64,000 nucleotides of DNA, from positions 3,600,338 to 3,664,337 of the forward strand of contig OZ253946.1 in NCBI GenBank assembly GCA_965267295.1, read 5' to 3'. Each line of letters opens with the position of its first letter. Position 1 is the first letter of the stretch. Shown piece by piece: positions 19,430 to 29,612 of the stretch. The stretch is from Pseudomonadales bacterium (GTDB lineage: Bacteria; Pseudomonadota; Gammaproteobacteria; Pseudomonadales; Azotimanducaceae). Both the position numbers and the translations under genes were made by a program. The notes under the pieces were generated by a model. It had not been told where the DNA came from. It worked only from the letters and a program-made list of their open reading frames with translations, and ran no database searches.

Positions 19430-21940
19430 TCAGCGGTGCGCCACGCTCGCCACCTGGAGAATGGTCTCGAGCAGCACTCTCTGACGGAGCGGTTTGGCAA
19501 GGTACGCGTCCATGCCCGAAGCTTCCGCCCGCTCGCGATACTCAGCACCGGCGTGCGCAGTCAACGCAATGATCGGTGTGGTCGAGCGACCCGATTGAGC
19601 TTCCTCTTCACGGATGGTCTGTGACGCCGTGTAGCCGTCCATGACGGGCATGTCACAATCCATGAGAATGAGGTCGTAACGTTTTGCGGCGCATTTTTCG
19701 AGCGCTTCCTGGCCGTTGTTTGCAATGTCGACCTCCGCACCGAACAGGGTCAACGTCTTACGCGCAATCAACTGGTTGGTTTGATTGTCCTCGGCAACCA
19801 GCAACCGGTAACCATAGAGCGGCGTACTGGTTTCTTCGAGCGGGTCCTGCTCGATGGTGCAGCAGAGCCTGCGCAACTCGACAAGGCGGATCCCTGAGTC
19901 GACGTCGTAGCTCACGGGCGCGTCGGGATCAATGGACGCACCCCAGCGTTCGACCAGTTTCGCCACAGCCGCGCGGCGCGCGGCGTCACTGCCGCGCAGC
20001 GCAATCGTCGCGTTGCCGGGCTCTCCCAGGTAACGCCGGCTGGTGTGGCAGGGCAGCGTGATTTCAAACGTCGAACCCTGACCATACTCCGACGCGACCG
20101 AGAGGGTGCCGCCCAGGGCGTCACAGAGAAGCTTGCAGATCGCAAGACCGAGTCCCGTGCCGCCGAATTTGCGGGTGATCGATGAATCCGCCTGTCGGAA
20201 CCGCTCGAAAAGCCCGACCACATCCGCTTCGCGGATGCCAATTCCCGTGTCGAGCACGCGTATTACCAGCTTGTCGTCGCGCGTGCGCGCCTCGAGCGTA
20301 ATGTGTCCGGTTGTGGTGAACTTGGCGGCATTGCTCAGAAGATTTTCGAGTATCTGGCGCAGCCGGGTGGGATCCGTGATGACCACTTCCGGTACTTCCG
20401 GGTCGATTCGCAGCTCGAAGGAAACGTCTTTGTCCTTGATGCGGTCCGCCGACACCATCGCCAGATCGTCAAAGAGCACATAGAGGTCGCACCGTTCCTG
20501 CTCGAGGACGAGCTGCCCGCTTTCGAATTTCGAGTAGTCGAGAATGTCGTTCAGAATGGCCATGAGACCCTGTCCAGAGCGGAGGATCGTCGAGACCTGG
20601 GACTCCTGCTCCAAAGAAAGTCGGGTCTTGGACAGGAGCTCAGCCATGCCGAGCACCCCGTTCAGCGGCGTGCGGATCTCATGGCTCATGGTCGCGAGGA
20701 ACGCCCCTTTGGTCTCGGCTTCCTGGCGCGCATCCGAAGCCGAAGCCTGCGCGCGCCGCGCCGTGATCTCCGACTGCAGGCGTTCGGCACGCAGGGTGAC
20801 GATGTGCCGGGCCAGCAACATCACCAGCGCCAGCGAGGTAATGGCGTTGCCCCAGAGGAAGAACATGTGGCTTGCCGTGCCACCCCCAAAACCCCAGAGC
20901 TGTTCCGTCCACGTGGTCGTGCCGCCGATCAAAACGAAGAACGTGGCGCCGATGAACAACCAGCCCTCCCGGTTGCCGCGCAAAGCCACGTAGAGCGCCA
21001 GCGGGTGCATCGCAATGGACACGATGCCGCCGGTAATCTGCACCACCGGTGCAAGCGCACCGAGGCCGACGAAGAGTTCGATGAACCCGCACACCCACAT
21101 GAGGCGCACGTAGACGCGCGAGTACCAGGTGTCGCGCAGAGACAGCATGCGCGCCACAAACGGTACATACGCCGCAAACGTGAACATCCCCGCGGCGTGC
21201 GTCATGCTCTGATCCCAATCGATCCGCTCACCCCAGAACAGCATCTGCGCATACCCGAGATAGTGGAGCAGAAACAGCAGGCTTGCCCCCATGTAGACGC
21301 TGAGCGTGAGGTAGCGAGCGTCGCGCGTGTACACCGATATCACCGCGTTGAACGCAACCAGCAGCAGCATCATGCCGAGCGCAAGTCCACCTACAAAGAG
21401 GCTCAGGAAACCATCCTGGCGCAGCGCCGGGGCATCGAGCACGTGCATTCGCGGGACAAACGCGTTGGGGTCTTCCATGCGCACCATCACATCGACAACT
21501 TCGCCTTCCCGCGGCACCAGCACGGACACGCGGGGGGCCTTGCTGATGTGCGAGCCAAGCCCCAATCCCGGCGCTTCGAGCGATAACCACCGCCATTCCT
21601 CACCGTCGAAGACCCAGATCTCGGTGTGTCGCAAACGAGGATTTTCGATCTGCAGAAAACGCGTGGCGCTGTCCTCAGCCGGCAGACGCACGCTGAAGCG
21701 GAACCAGAAGTCGCCTTCCGGCAACACGCGGCCGTCATACGCATTGAAATCGGACACAACGGGCGCCGTTCCCGGCGCGTTCTGCGTCGGGGCATACTCG
21801 AGCTGCTTGAATACGGTCTGCGTGCCCGCGCCAGTTGCATCCACGACGGTCGCGGCTGCCCCGTCCATCGCCACCGCGATCTGGGCATTTGAGAGACACA
21901 AGACGGCCAGCAGCAATCCTAATCGTGCCGAAAAAGCCAT
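19430..21940 (-). CDS. hybrid sensor histidine kinase/response regulator with 7TMR-DISM-type sensor
   Basis: Signal peptide, ~170-aa extracytoplasmic domain, then 7 hydrophobic helices. H-box SHEIRTPLNGVLGMAELL, G-boxes DTGIGI / GGTGLGL, and a C-terminal receiver (LLVAEDNQTN ... LILMDCDMPVMDG). Confidence 0.9.
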   Translation of the reverse strand: MAFSARLGLLLAVLCLSNAQIAVAMDGAAATVVDATGAGTQTVFKQLEYAPTQNAPGTAPVVSDFNAYDGRVLPEGDFWFRFSVRLPAEDSATRFLQIENPRLRHTEIWVFDGEEWRWLSLEAPGLGLGSHISKAPRVSVLVPREGEVVDVMVRMEDPNAFVPRMHVLDAPALRQDGFLSLFVGGLALGMMLLLVAFNAVISVYTRDARYLTLSVYMGASLLFLLHYLGYAQMLFWGERIDWDQSMTHAAGMFTFAAYVPFVARMLSLRDTWYSRVYVRLMWVCGFIELFVGLGALAPVVQITGGIVSIAMHPLALYVALRGNREGWLFIGATFFVLIGGTTTWTEQLWGFGGGTASHMFFLWGNAITSLALVMLLARHIVTLRAERLQSEITARRAQASASDARQEAETKGAFLATMSHEIRTPLNGVLGMAELLSKTRLSLEQESQVSTILRSGQGLMAILNDILDYSKFESGQLVLEQERCDLYVLFDDLAMVSADRIKDKDVSFELRIDPEVPEVVITDPTRLRQILENLLSNAAKFTTTGHITLEARTRDDKLVIRVLDTGIGIREADVVGLFERFRQADSSITRKFGGTGLGLAICKLLCDALGGTLSVASEYGQGSTFEITLPCHTSRRYLGEPGNATIALRGSDAARRAAVAKLVERWGASIDPDAPVSYDVDSGIRLVELRRLCCTIEQDPLEETSTPLYGYRLLVAEDNQTNQLIARKTLTLFGAEVDIANNGQEALEKCAAKRYDLILMDCDMPVMDGYTASQTIREEEAQSGRSTTPIIALTAHAGAEYRERAEASGMDAYLAKPLRQRVLLETILQVASVAHR

Positions 21941-22057
21941 TCCTAAGTATAGAAAGGCAGCCGCTGGCGCCGCCCAAGCCGGCTTACGGCAGGTCCAGCA
22001 CGAGAACTACGTCACATCAGGACTACGACAAATCCCCTGCTTTACCCGACGACCCGC

Positions 22058-22732
22058 TCAATCTGACGCGGGATCCAGCGGCGCACCGTCAAAGGTTTCA
22101 TGGACAGCAAAGTCCGCGACGGGCTTGCGCCGCAGTCTGGTCAGCTGTTTCACGGGCTTACCTAGAGGAAGCATGGCCGCAAAGGCGTATTCATCAGGCA
22201 CGCCCAGCAGTGCCTTGAGATCGGGCTCGAGCCGCCCGGCAAACGTCGTCAACGTGCCCCCCAGACCCTCATTGCGCGCAGCCAACAATATGTTCCACAC
22301 AAAAGGATAGATAGAGCCGCCGGAGATCACGCCTACCCGATCGAGGCCACTGTCAAACGACGCGACGACCGAAAGATCGACAAAAACCATCAATAGAACA
22401 GGCGCGTGGGTGATTTTGTCGATCATCTCCTGTGGCACCGGGGCTGAGGCGATCTCGTCGTCAGACAGCCGCGTCGGGTTGATGGTGTTCCAGGGAGCTT
22501 CACCCGCCTGGACCTGCGCGACATAACGCTGAAACGTCGGCGCAATGATGGGGCCCAGTGCCGCCTTGGTCTCGGCGCTGCGTACGACAACAACGCGCCA
22601 GCCCTGGCGGTTGCCGCCGCTTGGCGCAAAGCGCGCATTCTCCAGGATTCGGTGCAGCTGCTCGTCCGACACCTCATCGGCGGTGAAGTCCCGAGCTGCG
22701 AAAGTCGTGCGCATTACCTCGTAGAGATCCAT
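22058..22732 (-). CDS. nitroreductase family protein
   Basis: 224 aa. RFAPSGGNRQGWRVVVV segment. AGGAGA SD in front of the ATG. Confidence 0.85.
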   Translation of the reverse strand: MDLYEVMRTTFAARDFTADEVSDEQLHRILENARFAPSGGNRQGWRVVVVRSAETKAALGPIIAPTFQRYVAQVQAGEAPWNTINPTRLSDDEIASAPVPQEMIDKITHAPVLLMVFVDLSVVASFDSGLDRVGVISGGSIYPFVWNILLAARNEGLGGTLTTFAGRLEPDLKALLGVPDEYAFAAMLPLGKPVKQLTRLRRKPVADFAVHETFDGAPLDPASD

Positions 22733-22928
22733 GATTTCTCCTTTTCCCGGGCAAGTGCCCCTAATGGGATCTGTTTACCAAAACGTTAAATTTGTGGACA
22801 AGCACCTTGCCTGAGTGGCGGCTTTTCGGAACAATAGCGTATTGACGTCGCCTGTGACACTTCACAGAACCTCGGTAAAAGGACTAGAGGCCGCGACGTC
22901 GATAACCTGCATGGATTCAAGGAAAACT

Positions 22929-23423
22929 ATGAACGGTTACGACAGCGACAACCCCGACGAACTACCCCCGGAAGTGCTCATGCGCGGTCTGCTGCGCGCG
23001 TACTACTGGATGGACGAGAGCCTGCAGAATGGTTTGCAGCGCGCTGGCTACCGGCCCCGCACTCGCACACAGACCATGATTCTCATCCATATTTCGAACG
23101 GCGTTACCCGAGCCGCCGAGCTCGCCCGCGCCCTCGGTGTCAGCCGGCAGGCGATACAACAACAGATCAACGATCTCGAGAGCGACGACCTGGTCACGCA
23201 GATTCCCGATCCGACTGACAAGCGTGCCAATCGCATCGTTTTCAGCGAGCGAGGCTCGGCGTTGATCAATCAGGCTATGGCAACGCTCCGCGGCGCCGAG
23301 CAGACGCTCGCTATGCGCCTCGGTTACGAAACGGTCAGCCAGCTGCGCAATGCGCTGATGGCCGACTGGGGACCCGTCATCGGCGAACAGCGCGCACCGG
23401 GCCGCAAACGCTCGGTCAGCTGA
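22929..23423 (+). CDS. MarR family transcriptional regulator
   Basis: Winged-helix region (TRAAELARALGVSRQAIQQQINDLESDDLVTQIPDPTDKRANRIVFSERG). ATG 22929 has AAGGAAA upstream. ATG 22911 and GTG 22815 are longer alternatives. Confidence 0.8.
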   Translation: MNGYDSDNPDELPPEVLMRGLLRAYYWMDESLQNGLQRAGYRPRTRTQTMILIHISNGVTRAAELARALGVSRQAIQQQINDLESDDLVTQIPDPTDKRANRIVFSERGSALINQAMATLRGAEQTLAMRLGYETVSQLRNALMADWGPVIGEQRAPGRKRSVS

Positions 23424-23631
23424 CGCCCGCCCCTCTGCAGCGCTGCCGCGGTTCCTATCCGGGCAGCGCCAGAGCCTTCTGCGCTTCGGCGCTCATCGGG
23501 TGCTCAAACGAGCATCCGAGCCGCTCACCTCTCCGTCATCTTCATCCTCGTATTTACCAATTCATCGCCACCGCCGAATCGAACGCGAAAAACCGGTAAT
23601 CTGAGCCGCAACATAACGCGAGGAAACCGAC

Positions 23632-24063
23632 ATGCCGTTGAAAACCCTCCTGACGACAGGTGCCGCCGTCTACGCCTGTCTGATGACCCAGCTGATCTCA
23701 GCCGAAACGCTTAAAGTGGTCATAACCAACGTGTCCGAAAGCAAAGGCACCATCATGCTGCAGGTCCTGGCCGGTGAGGCTGAGTTCAAGGGAGACGCCA
23801 CACCGATCGCTTCGGTAATGCAGCGTGCCAGCGAAGGGGAGATGTCCTTTACCACCACGAGCTTGCCGGCCGGTGAATACGCCGTGCGCATCATGCACGA
23901 CCTCAACGCAAACGGAGATCTGGACGCCAACTTCGTCGGCATGCCCACCGAACCCTGGGCGTTTTCCAACAACGCCGCAGGAAACTTTGGTCCGCCCAAG
24001 TGGGAAGACGTGAAGTTCCAGCTGGAGGGTTCCGTGACCCAGTCACTGAACCTGAACCGCTGA
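23632..24063 (+). CDS. DUF2141-like periplasmic protein (family name from memory)
   Basis: 143 aa with a signal peptide. The MHDLNANGDLDANFVGMPTEPWAFSNNA segment matches what I remember of DUF2141. GAGGAAA SD. Confidence 0.7.
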   Translation: MPLKTLLTTGAAVYACLMTQLISAETLKVVITNVSESKGTIMLQVLAGEAEFKGDATPIASVMQRASEGEMSFTTTSLPAGEYAVRIMHDLNANGDLDANFVGMPTEPWAFSNNAAGNFGPPKWEDVKFQLEGSVTQSLNLNR

Positions 24064-24065
24064 TC

Positions 24066-25580
24066 ATGCGCCGCCGTCAGTTCACCCAGCTCATCGCCGG
24101 CCTTTCCGCCACTGCCGGGCTCCCGGCCGTTGCCGGCGTCGGCAACCCTTCCTGGGCCCAGCAATTCAAAAGCGCGCTGGCTGATCGCCCCTGGCTGCTC
24201 GGCTACCGTACCGTACAGCAGCCCCGTTTCGCTGCAGATGCCGAGGTCAGCGGCAGCTGGCCGAAGGCTTTGACGGGCACGTTCTACCGCAACGGACCGG
24301 CCCAGCACGAAATTGGCGACTATCGATACCGTCACTGGTTTGCCGGCGACGGTATGTTGCAGGCTTATCGCGTGGGCGCCGACGGCGTCAATCACCAGGC
24401 CGCGTTGATCGAAACTTACAAAGTGCAGGCGGAGCGTCGTGCCGGGCGGGCGCTGTATCCCGGCTTTGCCTCCACACCACCAGATCCCGCGCCCGTGACG
24501 AGTCCCGATGCCGTCAACGTAGCCAACATCAGCGTGCTGCATCATCACGGCAAGCTGCTGGCATTGTGGGAAGCAGGCTCACCCTGGGAGATGGACCCGG
24601 AGGACCTCTCCACCCGCGGCGCCTACGCGTTCTCACCCGAAATGCGTGGCGTACCGTTCTCAGCCCATCCGCGCATCGAGCCGGACGGCACCCTGTGGAA
24701 TTTCGGTTATCTGTCCTCGGCGAAACTGCTGGTCCTGTGGCACGTGGACAAGAACGGCAAGCTCGTCAAAGCGGGTAAGGTCAAAGCAGACCCCATTTCC
24801 ATGGTGCACGACTTTGTTGTCACCCGCCGCCACCTGGTGTTGATGGTACCGCCGCTGCACTACTCGCCGGACGGGGCGGCAAGCTCGTTTCTGGACGCCC
24901 ACAAATGGCGCCCGGACGACCCCACCCGCCTCCTCGTTGTCGACAAGAACAACTTCGACAACCACTTCTGGGTAGAGCTGCCCTCGCAGTGGGTATTCCA
25001 CTATGGCAACGGCTGGGAGGACGACAACGGTGTCATCCACTTCGACGCAGCCCGCGCGGGTGATCCCATGGCCATGATCGACAGCTTCCGGGAGGTCATG
25101 CGCGGCAATCTGACGCCGTCGGGTGGCAGCCATCATCACGAATATCGGATTGATACCCGCACGCGCAAGGTGGCCGAAGCGCCGATGTTCGGGATGAATC
25201 TCGAGACGGAGTTCCCGAGCGTCGATCCGCGGGTCAGCGGTCAACGCAATCGGCGTCTGACGATGATGAGCAGCAACACGCTCACGCCACCGGTTCACGG
25301 CCACCTGAATGAAGTGAGCCACTTCGACTACGACAGCGGCGCGCGCGCCGTCTACCGCTACCCGGACACCGAGATCCCTGAGGAGCATATCTATGTGGCA
25401 GATCCGTCCCGGGCCGCCGAGACTGACGGCTGGGTCATCGGCACCGCGTTCGACTGGAAAACGGATCAAACCCTTCTGAACGTCTTCGACGCCCGCGCGC
25501 TGGCTGATGGCCCGCTGGCAACGGCACGACTCCCCTACGGGCTGCCGCTCGGTTTGCACGGCCGGTTCGTGCATGGCTGA
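24066..25580 (+). CDS. carotenoid/stilbene cleavage oxygenase family protein with twin-arginine signal
   Basis: MRRRQFTQLIAGLSATAGLPAVAGV is a Tat-type leader. FAGDGMLQAY, HDFVVTRRHLVLMVPPL and YGLPLGLHG segments are typical of the RPE65/CCO family. The start is 2 nt after the DUF2141 stop. Confidence 0.88.
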   Translation: MRRRQFTQLIAGLSATAGLPAVAGVGNPSWAQQFKSALADRPWLLGYRTVQQPRFAADAEVSGSWPKALTGTFYRNGPAQHEIGDYRYRHWFAGDGMLQAYRVGADGVNHQAALIETYKVQAERRAGRALYPGFASTPPDPAPVTSPDAVNVANISVLHHHGKLLALWEAGSPWEMDPEDLSTRGAYAFSPEMRGVPFSAHPRIEPDGTLWNFGYLSSAKLLVLWHVDKNGKLVKAGKVKADPISMVHDFVVTRRHLVLMVPPLHYSPDGAASSFLDAHKWRPDDPTRLLVVDKNNFDNHFWVELPSQWVFHYGNGWEDDNGVIHFDAARAGDPMAMIDSFREVMRGNLTPSGGSHHHEYRIDTRTRKVAEAPMFGMNLETEFPSVDPRVSGQRNRRLTMMSSNTLTPPVHGHLNEVSHFDYDSGARAVYRYPDTEIPEEHIYVADPSRAAETDGWVIGTAFDWKTDQTLLNVFDARALADGPLATARLPYGLPLGLHGRFVHG

Positions 25581-26628
25581 GGGGGTTCGCCAACCCCGCA
25601 GCATGGTCGAGCAGCCCTGGAAGCTCCTCGCCTATACCGGCGTTTTCTGTCTCGCCATTGGGCTCTTCTTTGGTTGGAGAAATGGCTTTCAACATCTCAC
25701 GGCAAACCTTGTGGTGTCTTTTGCGATTGGCCTTTCGATCAGCCTGAGTTTCATCCTCTTCAGCGCGGCGAGTCATAAAGTCATGAGTCCATATATTGTG
25801 CCGATCCCTCTGACCGCCTTCGGCCTGGGTGTGGGTCTCCTCATCGGGGGGACCTACGTCAGCGGCAATCCGTTGTTCTTTTTCACGCAGAACAACGGCA
25901 CGCTTCTGACCGGCATCTTTTTTGGCATTGTCGGCTTCGCAATCTTCGGCACCCGCGCACGGCTCCTCAGCATCAACGCAGCGCTGGTCGACGCCGAGGC
26001 GCAGCGGGAACGGCAGGAGAAGCTGCTGATGCAGACGGAACTGCGCCTGCTGCAGGCGCAAATAGAACCCCACTTCCTCTTCAATACCCTGTCGAATATC
26101 GCCGGTTTGATCCACCGCGACCCGGACGCGGCCGAGCATACGCTGCTGAATCTGACCACCCTGCTGCGCGCCACGCTGAACCGCACGCGCGAAGCCGTGA
26201 CGACGCTGGCAGAGGAAATAGCCATTGCCCGAGCCTACCTGGAGATACAGAAAACACGCATGCAGTCGAGGCTCCGCTACGACATCATCTGGGACGAATC
26301 GCTTGGTCCTCTGCCGCTGCCTCCGCTGCTCGTGCAGCCGCTGGTTGAAAACGCCATCAAGCACGGTCTCGAGCCGACGGAGGAAGGCGGAGAAGTTGTC
26401 ATCGAGGTCGAAGCACGTGAAGACGCGCTCGTCATTTCCGTCAAAGACACCGGGCAGGGTATCCATGAGCAAGGCAGCACCGGCAGCGGCACGGGTCTGA
26501 CCAACGTGCGCGAGCGCTTGAGAACGCTTTACGATGGCAGCGCACGCCTCGATTTGGCAGACAACAACCCGCAAGGCATGATCGCCACGATCACGCTGTC
26601 GAGATCGCCGGAACCCCCGCCACCATGA
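25573..26628 (+). CDS. LytS/AlgZ-type sensor histidine kinase
   Basis: 4-5 N-terminal helices. QIEPHFLFNTLSNI (His_kinase signature) and an HATPase region (NAIKHG ... DTGQGI ... GTGLTNVRERL). ATG 25573 overlaps the oxygenase stop by 8 nt (ATGGCTGA). ATG 25603 is an alternative. Confidence 0.85.
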   Translation: MAEGVRQPRSMVEQPWKLLAYTGVFCLAIGLFFGWRNGFQHLTANLVVSFAIGLSISLSFILFSAASHKVMSPYIVPIPLTAFGLGVGLLIGGTYVSGNPLFFFTQNNGTLLTGIFFGIVGFAIFGTRARLLSINAALVDAEAQRERQEKLLMQTELRLLQAQIEPHFLFNTLSNIAGLIHRDPDAAEHTLLNLTTLLRATLNRTREAVTTLAEEIAIARAYLEIQKTRMQSRLRYDIIWDESLGPLPLPPLLVQPLVENAIKHGLEPTEEGGEVVIEVEAREDALVISVKDTGQGIHEQGSTGSGTGLTNVRERLRTLYDGSARLDLADNNPQGMIATITLSRSPEPPPP

Positions 26629-27365
26629 CCGCTACCGCCATTCTGGTCGACGATGAAGAAAACCTGCTGACCTCGCTCGGCGACAAGCTGACAGCGCTCT
26701 GGCCCGAGCTCGAGATCCTCGGCACCGCGCAGAACGGCAGGCAGGCCATTGCGCTTGCCAGAGAGACCCAGCCGGACATTGCCTTCCTGGACATACACAT
26801 GCCGGGCTTGAGCGGTCTCGAGGTTGCCGAAGCGCTGCCGCGGGACACCCGCATCGTGTTCGTCACGGCGTACGATCAATTTGCTGTTGCCGCCTTCGAG
26901 CGTGCGGCTGTGGACTACGTCCTCAAGCCCGTCAGCGAAGACCGGCTCACGCAGACCATCTCGCGCCTCAAACGGATGGACGATGCCAACCGCGACAAGC
27001 TGCTCGAGCTCTTGAACGGGATTCAGCCAGACCAGGCTTCATACCTCAGCTGGATACGCGCCGGGCTCGACGATACGACAACGCTCATTCCCGTCGAAGA
27101 GGTGGTCTACTTCCAGGCAGATCAGAAATATACCTCCGTGATGACGGCCCATGCTGAACATCTGGTGCGGCGCAGCATCAAGGAGCTCGAATCCCAGCTC
27201 GATCCGAACAAATTCTGGCGCATCCACCGCGGCATCATCGTCAGCGTGGATCAGATTCAGAGCGCCAGGCGCGACATCCGCGGACGCTACACCCTCACGC
27301 TCAAAGATCGCGACGAGAAACTACGCAGCAGCCAGAGCTACGGCCACCTGTTCAAACAGATGTAG
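26625..27365 (+). CDS. LytTR-family response regulator
   Basis: Receiver (ILVDDEE ... IAFLDIHMPGLSG) plus LytTR DNA-binding domain (FWRIHRGIIVSVDQI). ATGA overlap with the kinase. Confidence 0.9.
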   Translation: MTATAILVDDEENLLTSLGDKLTALWPELEILGTAQNGRQAIALARETQPDIAFLDIHMPGLSGLEVAEALPRDTRIVFVTAYDQFAVAAFERAAVDYVLKPVSEDRLTQTISRLKRMDDANRDKLLELLNGIQPDQASYLSWIRAGLDDTTTLIPVEEVVYFQADQKYTSVMTAHAEHLVRRSIKELESQLDPNKFWRIHRGIIVSVDQIQSARRDIRGRYTLTLKDRDEKLRSSQSYGHLFKQM

Positions 27366-27423
27366 CCAAACTATTTCGCGAGCGGCGGCGACCCTGGAGT
27401 ACGCCCATATAAAAGAGGTCGCC

Positions 27424-28041
27424 GTGTCTCACCATCAAACCGGTTCGATTGCCCTGCGCATCATCGTCTTTCTCGTTGCACTGGGTGCGGCCGGTTTCAT
27501 CGCGCTCAAAGTGGCGCAGGCCCGCTCCGACGGTCCCCTGAACGACATGCTGCCCGGCGGCGAGCTCAAATCCGGCACCGAGCTCAGCAGCCGTGGCGTG
27601 GTTTGGCCAGACGTTCTGGGTGAAGCCGGCGGCTGCAGCGAAGGGGTCTGCGCGCCGATGGAACCCGTTGCGCTGCAACTCGTATCACCGGCAACGTCAC
27701 GCTGGACCGGCATCATGGTCCGCGACGACAAGCTCTACGTGCCCTGCGATCTCGGTTTCATGTGGGGCCGTTTTGAAGGGACCCAGCGCTGGATCCTGAA
27801 CCTCATTTACGTGTTCAAACGCTGGCACGAAGACGCCATGGCCGACGGGCGCGCGGTCATCCGTATCGAGGACACCCGCTACACCGGTCAGCTTGCCCGC
27901 GTGACCGATCCAACCCTCGTGGCTGATCTCAAGCACCAGCTCGAAGGCATGGCGCGCAGCTGGGTGGCACCCGCAGAGCTCGGTCCCCCGCCCAGCGAAG
28001 GGCCGCGGGACATCTGGTTTTTCGAGTTCAAGCCGCGCTAG
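27424..28041 (+). CDS. hypothetical membrane-anchored protein
   Basis: GTG 27424 has AAGAGG 6 nt upstream. One N-terminal helix (IALRIIVFLVALGAAGFIAL), then a ~170-aa domain of unknown family. The ORF-track start 27151 lies inside the preceding gene. Confidence 0.55.
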   Translation: MSHHQTGSIALRIIVFLVALGAAGFIALKVAQARSDGPLNDMLPGGELKSGTELSSRGVVWPDVLGEAGGCSEGVCAPMEPVALQLVSPATSRWTGIMVRDDKLYVPCDLGFMWGRFEGTQRWILNLIYVFKRWHEDAMADGRAVIRIEDTRYTGQLARVTDPTLVADLKHQLEGMARSWVAPAELGPPPSEGPRDIWFFEFKPR

Positions 28042-28048
28042 CGGAGCG

Positions 28049-28702
28049 CTACCACGGGCGACCTTTCGGCAGCAGGTCGTAGTAGCCGAACGCGCCGTTC
28101 AGGGCTTCGATGCCGCGGTTGTAGGCGCTGTAGGTATGATAAATCTGCCCGGCTTCGTCCTTACAGAAGACGCTGACGCCGTGGTTTTCGCCACGGTCAA
28201 AGCGCACCTCCTCTCCACCTTCGCCGCCAATGGCGACAGCGCTTTCACCGCTGGTGTCGAGCGTTGAGGCGTGAAAGTCGTAGTTGAAATCGGAGCCGAA
28301 CGAAGAGACCCAGGAAAATACCCAGCCGAGCCGGGACTTTTGCTCCGCAATTTCCGGGTAGGGCGCGCGTGAGATGCAGATGAGCCGCGCGTCCGCCGGC
28401 CCGAACGTCCGGGTTGTACCGTTCAGGGCATTCGCCCACTGAGTGCAGCCCGGACAGGGCGCTTCCCAGCCGGGTCCGAACATCAGGTGGTACACCGCAA
28501 GCTGCGAACGGTCTTTGAAGAGCTCGGCGAACGTCACCGGTCCATCCGGGCCCGTGAATTCGTAGGCTTTGTCGACCTTCACCCAGGGCAGCTCACGCCG
28601 CGCCCCAGCAAGCTCCGCGCGCGCCCGCGTATGTGCTTTTTCTCTGACCAGGAGCTCAGCCCGGGCTTTGAGCCAGGTTTCCCGATCCACAATTTCGTTC
28701 AT
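28049..28702 (-). CDS. DUF899-like thioredoxin-fold protein (family name from memory)
   Basis: MNEIVDRETWLKARAELLVREKAHTRARAEL ... PCPGCT layout. ATG 28702 was chosen because the longer ORF overlaps the divergent NAT gene. Confidence 0.75.
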   Translation of the reverse strand: MNEIVDRETWLKARAELLVREKAHTRARAELAGARRELPWVKVDKAYEFTGPDGPVTFAELFKDRSQLAVYHLMFGPGWEAPCPGCTQWANALNGTTRTFGPADARLICISRAPYPEIAEQKSRLGWVFSWVSSFGSDFNYDFHASTLDTSGESAVAIGGEGGEEVRFDRGENHGVSVFCKDEAGQIYHTYSAYNRGIEALNGAFGYYDLLPKGRPW

Positions 28703-28799
28703 CGCGCTGCCTCCCGATGGTTTGCGTCCGGCATGCTTTGCCGGCGTGCGACCCGGAAAAAGCATCGCAACATTCAATGCCTTTTGCCAGACTCGCGGC

Positions 28800-29600
28800 A
28801 TGGATCTCGACGCCTACTTCAAACGCATCGACTATCGCGGTCCGGTGCAGCCGGACCTGACCACGCTGCGAGCGGTGCACCACCAGCACGTCCTGCACAT
28901 CCCTTACGAAAACATCGACGTGCAGCTTGGCCGCCCTCTCGACTTCGACATGACGCGCATTTTCGACAAGCTCGTCACCCGGCGGCGCGGCGGCTGGTGT
29001 TACGAGATGAACGGTCTGCTCGCCTGGGCGTACGGCGAGATCGGATTCACCGTAAAGCGCATGTCTGGCGCGGTCATGCGCGAAACCCAGGGAGATAATC
29101 AACTCGGCAATCATCTGGTGCTGGAGGTTGATCTGGGTGAACCCTACCTTGCCGACGTGGGGCTTGGAGACGGTCTGCGCGAACCCGTTCCGCTTGCCGT
29201 GGGTGAGCATCGTCAGGGCTATCTCAACTACCGCCTGGAGCAGATGGACGACGGTTTCTGGCGCTTTCACAACCACGGCTACAGCAACGTGGCGTCGTTC
29301 GACTTCAGGCACGAAACGGCGGATGAGGATGAGCTCGCGGGTAAATGCGCGTGGCTGCAGAGCGATCCGTCCTCCCCATTCCGACAGCTCCTGATTGCCC
29401 AGCGGTTCGACCCCGAACGCATCCACGTGCAGCTCGGGCGCGTCGCAACAACCATTGCGCGCAACGGCAAAACGACCGAGGTCATCGACTCGGTGGCGGC
29501 ACTCAACGACCGCATGGCAACCACGTTCGGCGTCGACGAAGATCTCAGCAGCCTATGGCCTGAGATCTGCGCCACGCACGAACGCTATTTCGAATCCTGA
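28800..29600 (+). CDS. arylamine N-acetyltransferase
   Basis: YFKRIDY ... IPYENIDV ... RRGGWCYEMNGL (catalytic Cys) are typical NAT motifs. ATG 28800. Confidence 0.88.
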   Translation: MDLDAYFKRIDYRGPVQPDLTTLRAVHHQHVLHIPYENIDVQLGRPLDFDMTRIFDKLVTRRRGGWCYEMNGLLAWAYGEIGFTVKRMSGAVMRETQGDNQLGNHLVLEVDLGEPYLADVGLGDGLREPVPLAVGEHRQGYLNYRLEQMDDGFWRFHNHGYSNVASFDFRHETADEDELAGKCAWLQSDPSSPFRQLLIAQRFDPERIHVQLGRVATTIARNGKTTEVIDSVAALNDRMATTFGVDEDLSSLWPEICATHERYFES

Positions 29601-29612
29601 GAGAAGCGCCGC

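Noticed and set aside
22853-22866. TGTGA-CACT-TCACA inverted repeat upstream of the MarR gene, resembling CRP half-sites.
   Set aside because: The spacer is 4 nt rather than the 6 nt of CRP sites. It may be a MarR operator, but a 5-bp arm is too weak to call.
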